Assembly (NCBI GenBank): GCA_950097015.1
Contig: CATNEN010000038.1
Span: forward strand, 31,000,001-31,064,000
Direction of reading: 5' to 3'
Origin: Macrostomum hystrix
Taxonomy: Eukaryota > Animalia > Platyhelminthes
Length of the DNA stretch: 64,000 nt
Part shown: positions 47,500 through 60,600 of the stretch, one piece after another
Layout of the letters: every line of letters begins with the position of its first letter
How positions within the stretch are numbered: the stretch's first letter is position 1
Notes under the pieces: generated by a model
Seen by the model: the letters and a program-made list of their open reading frames with translations, nothing else
Database searches by the model: none
Told to the model about the DNA's origin: nothing
Program-made: the position numbers and the translations under genes

Positions 47500-48505
47500 A
47501 TGGGAAGATTCTGGATTTGGAAGATTCTGGATTTGGAAGATTCTGGATTGAGAAGATACTGGACTGGGAAGATCCTGGATAGGGAAGATCTTGAATAGGG
47601 AATATTCTGGATTGGGAAGATCCTGGACTGGGAAGATTCTGGATTTGGAAGATTCTGGATTGAGAAGATACTGGACTGGGAAGATCCTGGATAGGGAAGA
47701 TCTTGAATAGGGAATATTCTGGATTGGGAAGATCCTGGACTGGGAAGATTCTGGATTTGGAAGATTCTGGATTTGGAAGATTCTGGATTTGGAAGATTCT
47801 GGATTTGGAAGATTCTGGATTGAGAAGATACTGGACTGGGAAGATCCTGGATAGGGAAGATCTTGAATAGGGAATATTCTGGATTGGGAAGATCCTGGAC
47901 TGGGAAGATTCTGGATTTGGAAGATTCTGGATTGAGAAGATACTGGACTGGGAAGATCCTGGATAGGGAAGATCTTGAATAGGGAATATTCTGGATTGGG
48001 AAGATCCTGGACTGGGAAGATTCTGGATTGGGAAGATTCTGGACTGTGAAGATTCTGGATTGGGAAGATTTTGGATTGGGAAGATCTTGGATTGGGAAGA
48101 TTCTGGATTGGGAAGATCCTGGACTGGGAAGATTTTGGATTGGGAAGATTCTGGATTGGGAAGATTCTGGATTGGGAAGATTTTGGATTGGGAAGATCTT
48201 GGATTGGGAAGATTCTGGATTGGGAAGATCCTGGACTGGGAAGATTTTGGATTGGGAAGATTCTGGATTGGGAAGATTCTGGACTGGGAAGATTCTGGAC
48301 TGGGAAGATTTTGGATTGGGAAGATTCTTGACTGGGAAGATTCTGGATTGGGAAGATTCTGGACTGGGAAGATTCTGGATTGGGAAGATTTTGGATTGGG
48401 AAGATTCTGGACTGGGAAGATTCTGGACTGGGAAGATTCTGGACTGGGAAGATTCTGGATTGGGACGATTCTGGACTGGGAAGATTCGGGATTGGGAAGA
48501 TTCTG
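47500..48505. repeat. ~16-bp minisatellite downstream of the TRAP1 stop
   Basis: Tandem TGGGAAGATTCTGGA(T/C), with a larger repeating block in the left half. Confidence 0.93.
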
Positions 48506-48646
48506 TGTCGTCTATATTTGTATGAAGAATGCGACAAACATACATTGGTCAGATTCAGAAGATTTATAGTTTCAGGCAATTTTCGGTAAAAATCAATCCT
48601 AATAATAAGTAAAGAGAGTTCTCAAGACAGCTTCAACAACTAGAGT

Positions 48647-51600
48647 CTAAGGCATCTTCTCAGCAACCTCAGTTAGCAGCTTATTTATCCTATCGATCAT
48701 CGCTCTCGGATCCTCCAGCACGCCAGCAATAATCAGGGCATTATCGCAGAGCTGCATTGCGAATAGCCTAGCAAGTTCGGGATCGGCTGATCGCATAGTA
48801 GACAGCTTGCGGATTATGGGATGCTTGGTGTTGATCTCCAGCACAGGATCCATTAGGCGTAGGCGCTCTTCCGCCGGTCTAAAATTGTTCAGTTGAATTA
48901 AAATGTCTATTGCTTGATACTGCTTACAGTAGAAAAAAGGATGTTTACATTTAACTTCGTTAGAAACAAGAAAAACCGGTTAAATGGCGTTTAAGTTCAT
49001 TTATATTTCGTAAAAAATTGAGACATGTTTTGTGCCGCAATACCCCTTCATTTACTTTTATGAGCCGCAATACCCTTCAGATTCTTTGATGTGCCGCAAT
49101 ACCCTTCAGATTGTTTGATGTGCCGCAATACCCCTTCAGATTCTTTGATGTGCCGCAATACTCCTTCAGATTCTTTGATGTGCCGTAATACCCCTTCAGA
49201 TTCTTTGATGTGCCGCAATACCCCTTCAGATTCTTTGATGTGCCGCAATACCCTTCAGATTGTTTGATGTGCCGCAATACACCTTCAGATTCTTTGATGT
49301 GCCGTAATACCCCTTCAGATTCTTTGATGTGCCGCAATACCCTTCAGATTGTTTGATGTGCCGCAATACCCCTTCAGATTCTTTGATGTGCCGCAATACC
49401 CTTCAGATTGTTTGATGTGCCGTAATACCCCTTCAGATTGTTTGATGTGCCGCAATACCCCTTCAGATTGTTTGATGTGCCGCAATACCCCTTCAGATTC
49501 TTTGATGTGCCGCAATACCCTTCAGATTGTTTGATGTGCCGTAATACCCCTTCAGATTGTTTGATGTGCCGCAATACCCTTCAGATTGTTTGATGTGCCG
49601 CAATACCCCTTCAGATTCTTTGATGTGCCGCAATACCCTTCAGATTGTTTGATGTGCCGCAATACCCTTCAGATTCTTTGATGTGCCGTAATACCACTTC
49701 AGATTCTTTGATGTGCCGCAATACCCCTTCAGATTCTTTGATGTGCCGCAATACCCTTCAGATTCTTTGATGTGCCGCAATACACCTTCGAATCCTTTGA
49801 TGTGCCGCAATACACCTTCGAATCCTTTGATGTGCCGCAATACACCTTCAGATTCTTTGATGTGCCGCAATACTCCTTCAGATTCTTTGATGTGCCGCAA
49901 TACCCTTCAGATTGTTTGATGTGCCGTAATACCCCTTCAGATTCTTTGATGTGCCGCAATACCCTTCAGATTGTTTGATGTGCCGCAATACCCTTCAGAT
50001 TGTTTGATGTGCCGCAATACCCCTTCAGATTCTTTGATGTGCCGCAATACCCTTCAGATTGTTTGATGTGCCGCAATACCCTTCAGATTGTTTGATGTGC
50101 CGCAATACCCCTTCAGATTCTTTGATGTGCCGCAATACTCCTTCAGATTCTTTGATGTGCCGCAATACCCTTCAGATTGTTTGATGTGCCGTAATACCCC
50201 TTCAGATTCTTTGATGTGCCGCAATACCCTTCAGATTGTTTGATGTGCCGCAATACCCTTCAGATTGTTTGATGTGCCGCAATACCCTTCAGATTGTTTG
50301 ATGTGCCGTAATACCCCTTCAGATTCTTTGATGTGCCGCAATACTCCTTCAGATTCTTTGATGTGCCGCAATACCCTTCAGATTGTTTGATGTGCCGCAA
50401 TACCCCTTCAGATTCTTTGATGTGCCGCAATACCCTTCAGATTGTTTGATGTGCCGCAATACTCCTTCAGATTCTTTGATGTGCCGCAATACCCTTCAGA
50501 TTGTTTGATGTGCCGTAATACCCTTCAGATTGTTTGATGTGCCGCAATACCCCTTCAGATTCTTTGATGTGCCGCAATACCCTTCAGATTCTTTGATGTG
50601 CCGCAATACCCTTCAGATTGTTTGATGTGCCGTAATACCCTTCAGATTGTTTGATGTGCCGCAATACCCTTCAGATTCTTTGATGTGCCGCAATACCCTT
50701 CAGATTGTTTGATGTGCCGCAATACCCCTTCAGATTCTTTGATGTGCCGCAATACTCCTTCAGATTCTTTGATGTGCCGTAATACCCCTTCAGATTCTTT
50801 GATGTGCCGCAATACCCTTCAGATTGTTTGATGTGCCGCAATACACCTTCAGATTCTTTGATGTGCCGTAATACCCCTTCAGATTCTTTGATGTGCCGCA
50901 ATACCCTTCAGATTGTTTGATGTGCCGCAATACCCCTTCAGATTCTTTGATGTGCCGCAATACCCTTCAGATTGTTTGATGTGCCGTAATACCCCTTCAG
51001 ATTCTTTGATGTGCCGCAATACCCCTTCAGATTGTTTGATGTGCCGCAATACCCCTTCAGATTCTTTGATGTGCCGCAATACCCCTTCAGATTCTTTGAT
51101 GTGCCGCAATACCCTTCAGATTGTTTGATGTGCCGTAATACCCCTTCAGATTCTTTGATGTGCCGCAATACCCTTCAGATTGTTTGTTGTGCCGCAATAC
51201 CCCTTCAGATTCTTTGATGTGCCGCAATACCCTTCAGATTGTTTGATGTGCCGCAATACCCTTCAGATTCTTTGATGTGCCGTAATACCCCTTCAGATTG
51301 TTTGATGTGCCGCAATACCCCTTCAGATTGTTTGATGTGCCGCAATACCCTTCAGATTCTTTGATGTGCCGCAATACACCTTCAGATTCTTTGATGTGCC
51401 GCAATACACCTTCAGATTCTTTGATGTGCCGCAATACCCCTTCAGATTCTTTGATGTGCCGCAATACACCTTCGAATCCTTTGATGTGCCGCAATACACC
51501 TTCGAATCCTTTGATGTGCCGCAATACACCTTCAGATTGTTTGATGTGCCGCAATACCCCTTCAGATTCTTTGATGTGCCGCAATACCCCTTCAGATTCT

Positions 51601-54600
51601 GTGATGTGCCGCAATACCCCTTCGAATCCTTTGATGTGCCGCAATGCCCTTCAGATTGTTTGATGTGCCGCAATACCCCTTCAGATTCTGTGATGTGCCG
51701 CAATACCCCTTCGAATCCTTTGATGTGCCGCAATGCCCTTCAGATTGTTTGATGTGCCGTAATACCCTTCAGATTGTTTGATGTGCCGCAATACCCCTTC
51801 AGATTCTTTGATGTGCCGCAATACCCTTCAGATTCTTTGATGTGCCGCAATACCCTTCAGATTGTTTGATGTGCCGTAATACCCCTTCAGATTCTTTGAT
51901 GTGCCGCAATACCCTTCAGATTGTTTGATGTGCCGCAATACCCTTCAGATTGTTTGATGTGCCGCAATACCCCTTCAGATTCTTTGATGTGCCGCAATAC
52001 TCCTTCAGATTCTTTGATGTGCCGCAATACCCTTCAGATTGTTTGATGTGCCGTAATACCCCTTCAGATTCTTTGATGTGCCGCAATACCCTTCAGATTG
52101 TTTGATGTGCCGCAATACCCTTCAGATTGTTTGATGTGCCGCAATACCCCTTCAGATTCTTTGATGTGCCGCAATACCCTTCAGATTGTTTGATGTGCCG
52201 CAATACCCTTCAGATTGTTTGATGTGCCGCAATACCCCTTCAGATTCTTTGATGTGCCGCAATACTCCTTCAGATTCTTTGATGTGCCGCAATACCCTTC
52301 AGATTGTTTGATGTGCCGTAATACCCCTTCAGATTCTTTGATGTGCCGCAATACCCTTCAGATTGTTTGATGTGCCGCAATACCCTTCAGATTGTTTGAT
52401 GTGCCGCAATACCCTTCAGATTGTTTGATGTGCCGCAATACCCCTTCAGATTCTTTGATGTGCCGCAATACCCTTCAGATTGTTTGATGTGCCGCAATAC
52501 TCCTTCAGATTCTTTGATGTGCCGCAATACCCTTCAGATTGTTTGATGTGCCGCAATACCCTTCAGATTGTTTGATGTGCCGCAATACCCCTTCAGATTC
52601 TTTGATGTGCCGCAATACCCTTCAGATTCTTTGATGTGCCGCAATACCCTTCAGATTGTTTGATGTGCCGTAATACCCTTCAGATTGTTTGATGTGCCGC
52701 AATACCCTTCAGATTCTTCGATGTGCCGCAATACCCTTCAGATTGTTTGATGTGCCGCAATACCCCTTCAGATTCTTTGATGTGCCGCAATACCCTTCAG
52801 ATTGTTTGATGTGCCGCAATACCCTTCAGATTCTTTGATGTGCCGCAATACTCCTTCAGATTCTTTGATGTGCCGTAATACCCCTTCAGATTGTTTGATG
52901 TGCCGCAATACCCCTTCAGATTCTTTGATGTGCCGCAATACCCTTCAGATTCTTTGATGTGCCGCAATACACCTTCAGATTCTTTGATGTGCCGCAATAC
53001 ACCTTCGAATCCTTTGATGTGCCGCAATACACCTTCGAATCCTTTGATGTGCCGCAATACACCTTCAGATTGTTTGATGTGCCGCAATACCCCTTCAGAT
53101 TCTTTGATGTGCCGCAATACCCCTTCAGATTCTGTGATGTGCCGCAATACCCCTTCGAATCCTTTGATGTGCCGCAATGCCCTTCAGATTGTTTGATGTG
53201 CCGTAATACCCTTCAGATTGTTTGATGTGCCGCAATACCCCTTCAGATTCTTTGATGTGCCGCAATACCCTTCAGATTCTTTGATGTGCCGCAATACCCT
53301 TCAGATTGTTTGATGTGCCGTAATACCCCTTCAGATTCTTTGATGTGCCGCAATACCCTTCAGATTGTTTGATGTGCCGCAATACCCTTCAGATTGTTTG
53401 ATGTGCCGTAATACCCCTTCAGATTCTTTGATGTGCCGCAATACCCTTCAGATTGTTTGATGTGCCGCAATACCCTTCAGATTGTTTGATGTGCCGTAAT
53501 ACCCTTCAGATTGTTTGATGTGCCGCAATACCCCTTCAGATTCTTTGATGTGCCGCAATACCCTTCAGATTCTTTGATGTGCCGCAATACCCTTCAGATT
53601 CTGTGATGTGCCGCAATACCCCTTCGAATCCTTTGATGTGCCGCAATGCCCTTCAGATTGTTTGATGTGCCGTAATACCCTTCAGATTGTTTGATGTGCC
53701 GCAATACCCTTCAGATTGTTTGATGTGCCGCAATACCCCTTCAGATTCTTTGATGTGCCGCAATACCCTTCAGATTGTTTGATGTGCCGTAATACCCCTT
53801 CAGATTCTTTGATGTGCCGCAATACCCCTTCAGATTGTTTGATGTGCCGCAATACCCCTTCAGATTCTTTGATGTGCCGCAATACCCTTCAGATTCTTTG
53901 ATGTGCCGCAATACCCTTCAGATTGTTTGATGTGCCGTAATACCCCTTCAGATTCTTTGATGTGCCGCAATACCCTTCAGATTGTTTGATGTGCCGCAAT
54001 ACCCCTTCAGATTCTTTGATGTGCCGCAATACCCTTCAGATTGTTTGATGTGCCGCAATACCCTTCAGATTCTTTGATGTGCCGTAATACCCCTTCAGAT
54101 TCTTTGATGTGCCGCAATACCCCTTCAGATTCTTTGATGTGCCGCAATACCCTTCAGATTCTTTGATGTGCCGCAATACACCTTCAGATTCTTTGATGTG
54201 CCGCAATACACCTTCAGATTCTTTGATGTGCCGCAATACCCCTTCAGATTCTTTGATGTGCCGCAATACACCTTCGAATCCTTTGATGTGCCGCAATACA
54301 CCTTCGAATCCTTTGATGTGCCGCAATACCCCTTCAGATTGTTTGATGTGCCGCAATACCCCTTCAGATTCTGTGATGTGCCGCAATACCCCTTCGAATC
54401 CTTTGATGTGCCGCAATGCCCTTCAGATTGTTTGATGTGCCGTAATACCCTTCAGATTGTTTGATGTGCCGCAATACCCCTTCAGATTCTTTGATGTGCC
54501 GCAATACCCTTCAGATTCTTTGATGTGCCGCAATACCCTTCAGATTGTTTGATGTGCCGTAATACCCCTTCAGATTCTTTGATGTGCCGCAATACCCTTC

Positions 54601-57600
54601 AGATTGTTTGATGTGCCGCAATACCCTTCAGATTGTTTGATGTGCCGCAATACCCCTTCAGATTCTTTGATGTGCCGCAATACTCCTTCAGATTCTTTGA
54701 TGTGCCGCAATACCCTTCAGATTGTTTGATGTGCCGTAATACCCCTTCAGATTCTTTGATGTGCCGCAATACCCTTCAGATTGTTTGATGTGCCGCAATA
54801 CCCTTCAGATTGTTTGATGTGCCGCAATACCCCTTCAGATTCTTTGATGTGCCGCAATACCCTTCAGATTGTTTGATGTGCCGCAATACCCTTCAGATTG
54901 TTTGATGTGCCGCAATACCCCTTCAGATTCTTTGATGTGCCGCAATACTCCTTCAGATTCTTTGATGTGCCGCAATACCCTTCAGATTGTTTGATGTGCC
55001 GTAATACCCCTTCAGATTCTTTGATGTGCCGCAATACCCTTCAGATTGTTTGATGTGCCGCAATACCCTTCAGATTGTTTGATGTGCCGCAATACCCTTC
55101 AGATTGTTTGATGTGCCGCAATACCCCTTCAGATTCTTTGATGTGCCGCAATACTCCTTCAGATTCTTTGATGTGCCGCAATACCCTTCAGATTGTTTGA
55201 TGTGCCGCAATACCCCTTCAGATTCTTTGATGTGCCGCAATACCCTTCAGATTGTTTGATGTGCCGCAATACTCCTTCAGATTCTTTGATGTGCCGCAAT
55301 ACCCTTCAGATTGTTTGATGTGCCGTAATACCCTTCAGATTGTTTGATGTGCCGCAATACCCCTTCAGATTCTTTGATGTGCCGCAATACCCTTCAGATT
55401 CTTTGATGTGCCGCAATACCCTTCAGATTGTTTGATGTGCCGTAATACCCTTCAGATTGTTTGATGTGCCGCAATACCCTTCAGATTCTTTGATGTGCCG
55501 CAATACCCTTCAGATTGTTTGATGTGCCGCAATACCCCTTTAGATTCTTTGATGTGCCGCAATACCCTTCAGATTGTTTGATGTGCCGCAATACCCTTCA
55601 GATTCTTTGATGTGCCGCAATACTCCTTCAGATTCTTTGATGTGCCGTAATACCCCTTCAGATTGTTTGATGTGCCGCAATACCCCTTCAGATTCTTTGA
55701 TGTGCCGCAATACCCTTCAGATTCTTTGATGTGCCGCAATACACCTTCAGATTCTTTGATGTGCCGCAATACCCCTTCAGATTCTTTGATGTGCCGCAAT
55801 ACACCTTCGAATCCTTTGATGTGCCGCAATACCCCTTCAGATTCTGTGATGTGCCGCAATACCCCTTCGAATCCTTTGATGTGCCGCAATGCCCTTCAGA
55901 TTGTTTGATGTGCCGTAATACCCTTCAGATTGTTTGATGTGCCGCAATACCCCTTCAGATTCTTTGATGTGCCGCAATACCCTTCAGATTCTTTGATGTG
56001 CCGCAATACCCTTCAGATTGTTTGATGTGCCGTAATACCCCTTCAGATTCTTTGATGTGCCGCAATACCCTTCAGATTGTTTGATGTGCCGCAATACCCT
56101 TCAGATTGTTTGATGTGCCGTAATACCCCTTCAGATTCTTTGATGTGCCGCAATACCCTTCAGATTGTTTGATGTGCCGCAATACCCTTCAGATTGTTTG
56201 ATGTGCCGTAATACCCTTCAGATTGTTTGATGTGCCGCAATACCCCTTCAGATTCTTTGATGTGCCGCAATACCCTTCAGATTCTTTGATGTGCCGCAAT
56301 ACCCTTCAGATTCTGTGATGTGCCGCAATACCCCTTCGAATCCTTTGATGTGCCGCAATGCCCTTCAGATTGTTTGATGTGCCGTAATACCCTTCAGATT
56401 GTTTGATGTGCCGCAATACCCTTCAGATTGTTTGATGTGCCGCAATACCCCTTCAGATTCTTTGATGTGCCGCAATACCCTTCAGATTGTTTGATGTGCC
56501 GTAATACCCCTTCAGATTCTTTGATGTGCCGCAATACCCCTTCAGATTGTTTGATGTGCCGCAATACCCCTTCAGATTCTTTGATGTGCCGCAATACCCT
56601 TCAGATTCTTTGATGTGCCGCAATACCCTTCAGATTCTGTGATGTGCCGCAATACCCCTTCGAATCCTTTGATGTGCCGCAATGCCCTTCAGATTGTTTG
56701 ATGTGCCGTAATACCCTTCAGATTGTTTGATGTGCCGCAATACCCTTCAGATTGTTTGATGTGCCGCAATACCCCTTCAGATTCTTTGATGTGCCGCAAT
56801 ACCCTTCAGATTGTTTGATGTGCCGTAATACCCCTTCAGATTCTTTGATGTGCCGCAATACCCCTTCAGATTCTTTGATGTGCCGCAATACCCTTCAGAT
56901 TGTTTGATGTGCCGCAATACCCTTCAGATTCTTTGATGTGCCGTAATACCCCTTCAGATTCTTTGATGTGCCGCAATACCCCTTCAGATTGTTTGATGTG
57001 CCGCAATACCCCTTCAGATTCTTTGATGTGCCGCAATACCCTTCAGATTCTTTGATGTGCCGCAATACCCTTCAGATTGTTTGATGTGCCGTAATACCCC
57101 TTCAGATTCTTTGATGTGCCGCAATACCCTTCAGATTGTTTGATGTGCCGTAATACCCCTTCAGATTCTTTGATGTGCCGCAATACCCTTCAGATTGTTT
57201 GATGTGCCGCAATACCCCTTCAGATTCTTTGATGTGCCGCAATACCCTTCAGATTGTTTGATGTGCCGCAATACCCTTCAGATTCTTTGATGTGCCGTAA
57301 TACCCCTTCAGATTCTTTGATGTGCCGCAATACCCTTCAGATTCTTTGATGTGCCGCAATACACCTTCAGATTCTTTGATGTGCCGCAATACACCTTCAG
57401 ATTCTTTGATGTGCCGCAATACCCCTTCAGATTCTTTGATGTGCCGCAATACACCTTCGAATCCTTTGATGTGCCGCAATACACCTTCGAATCCTTTGAT
57501 GTGCCGCAATACCCCTTCAGATTGTTTGATGTGCCGCAATACACCTTCAGATTCTTTGATGTGCCGCAATACACCTTCAGATTCTTTGATGTGCCGCAAT

Positions 57601-60600
57601 ACCCCTTCAGATTCTTTGATGTGCCGCAATACACCTTCGAATCCTTTGATGTGCCGCAATACACCTTCGAATCCTTTGATGTGCCGCAATACCCCTTCAG
57701 ATTGTTTGATGTGCCGCAATACCCCTTCAGATTCTGTGATGTGCCGCAATACCCCTTCGAATCCTTTGATGTGCCGCAATGCCCTTCAGATTGTTTGATG
57801 TGCCGTAATACCCTTCAGATTGTTTGATGTGCCGCAATACCCCTTCAGATTCTTTGATGTGCCGCAATACCCTTCAGATTCTTTGATGTGCCGCAATACC
57901 CTTCAGATTGTTTGATGTGCCGTAATACCCCTTCAGATTCTTTGATGTGCCGCAATACCCTTCAGATTGTTTGATGTGCCGCAATACCCTTCAGATTGTT
58001 TGATGTGCCGCAATACCCCTTCAGATTCTTTGATGTGCCGCAATACTCCTTCAGATTCTTTGATGTGCCGCAATACCCTTCAGATTGTTTGATGTGCCGC
58101 AATACCCCTTCAGATTCTTTGATGTGCCGCAATACCCTTCAGATTGTTTGATGTGCCGCAATACCCTTCAGATTGTTTGATGTGCCGCAATACCCCTTCA
58201 GATTCTTTGATGTGCCGCAATACCCTTCAGATTGTTTGATGTGCCGCAATACCCTTCAGATTGTTTGATGTGCCGCAATACCCTTCAGATTGTTTGATGT
58301 GCCGCAATACCCCTTCAGATTCTTTGATGTGCCGCAATACTCCTTCAGATTCTTTGATGTGCCGCAATACCCTTCAGATTGTTTGATGTGCCGCAATACC
58401 CCTTCAGATTCTTTGATGTGCCGCAATACCCTTCAGATTGTTTGATGTGCCGCAATACTCCTTCAGATTCTTTGATGTGCCGCAATACCCTTCAGATTGT
58501 TTGATGTGCCGTAATACCCTTCAGATTGTTTGATGTGCCGCAATACCCCTTCAGATTCTTTGATGTGCCGCAATACCCTTCAGATTCTTTGATGTGCCGC
58601 AATACCCTTCAGATTGTTTGATGTGCCGTAATACCCTTCAGATTGTTTGATGTGCCGCAATACCCTTCAGATTCTTTGATGTGCCGCAATACCCTTCAGA
58701 TTGTTTGATGTGCCGCAATACCCCTTTAGATTCTTTGATGTGCCGCAATACCCTTCAGATTGTTTGATGTGCCGCAATACCCTTCAGATTCTTTGATGTG
58801 CCGCAATACTCCTTCAGATTCTTTGATGTGCCGTAATACCCCTTCAGATTGTTTGATGTGCCGCAATACCCCTTCAGATTCTTTGATGTGCCGCAATACC
58901 CTTCAGATTCTTTGATGTGCCGCAATACACCTTCAGATTCTTTGATGTGCCGCAATACCCCTTCAGATTCTTTGATGTGCCGCAATACACCTTCGAATCC
59001 TTTGATGTGCCGCAATACACCTTCGAATCCTTTGATGTGCCGCAATACACCTTCAGATTGTTTGATGTGCCGCAATACCCCTTCAGATTCTTTGATGTGC
59101 CGCAATACCCCTTCAGATTCTGTGATGTGCCGCAATACCCCTTCGAATCCTTTGATGTGCCGCAATGCCCTTCAGATTGTTTGATGTGCCGTAATACCCT
59201 TCAGATTGTTTGATGTGCCGCAATACCCCTTCAGATTCTTTGATGTGCCGCAATACCCTTCAGATTCTTTGATGTGCCGCAATACCCTTCAGATTGTTTG
59301 ATGTGCCGTAATACCCCTTCAGATTCTTTGATGTGCCGCAATACCCTTCAGATTGTTTGATGTGCCGCAATACCCTTCAGATTGTTTGATGTGCCGTAAT
59401 ACCCCTTCAGATTCTTTGATGTGCCGCAATACCCTTCAGATTGTTTGATGTGCCGCAATACCCTTCAGATTGTTTGATGTGCCGTAATACCCTTCAGATT
59501 GTTTGATGTGCCGCAATACCCCTTCAGATTCTTTGATGTGCCGCAATACCCTTCAGATTCTTTGATGTGCCGCAATACCCTTCAGATTCTGTGATGTGCC
59601 GCAATACCCCTTCGAATCCTTTGATGTGCCGCAATGCCCTTCAGATTGTTTGATGTGCCGTAATACCCTTCAGATTGTTTGATGTGCCGCAATACCCTTC
59701 AGATTGTTTGATGTGCCGCAATACCCCTTCAGATTCTTTGATGTGCCGCAATACCCTTCAGATTGTTTGATGTGCCGTAATACCCCTTCAGATTCTTTGA
59801 TGTGCCGCAATACCCCTTCAGATTGTTTGATGTGCCGCAATACCCCTTCAGATTCTTTGATGTGCCGCAATACCCTTCAGATTCTTTGATGTGCCGCAAT
59901 ACCCTTCAGATTGTTTGATGTGCCGTAATACCCCTTCAGATTCTTTGATGTGCCGCAATACCCTTCAGATTGTTTGATGTGCCGCAATACCCCTTCAGAT
60001 TCTTTGATGTGCCGCAATACCCTTCAGATTGTTTGATGTGCCGCAATACCCTTCAGATTCTTTGATGTGCCGTAATACCCCTTCAGATTCTTTGATGTGC
60101 CGCAATACCCCTTCAGATTCTTTGATGTGCCGCAATACCCTTCAGATTCTTTGATGTGCCGCAATACACCTTCAGATTCTTTGATGTGCCGCAATACACC
60201 TTCAGATTCTTTGATGTGCCGCAATACCCCTTCAGATTCTTTGATGTGCCGCAATACACCTTCGAATCCTTTGATGTGCCGCAATACACCTTCGAATCCT
60301 TTGATGTGCCGCAATACCCCTTCAGATTGTTTGATGTGCCGCAATACCCCTTCAGATTCTGTGATGTGCCGCAATACCCCTTCGAATCCTTTGATGTGCC
60401 GCAATGCCCTTCAGATTGTTTGATGTGCCGTAATACCCTTCAGATTGTTTGATGTGCCGCAATACCCCTTCAGATTCTTTGATGTGCCGCAATACCCTTC
60501 AGATTCTTTGATGTGCCGCAATACCCTTCAGATTGTTTGATGTGCCGTAATACCCCTTCAGATTCTTTGATGTGCCGCAATACCCTTCAGATTGTTTGAT

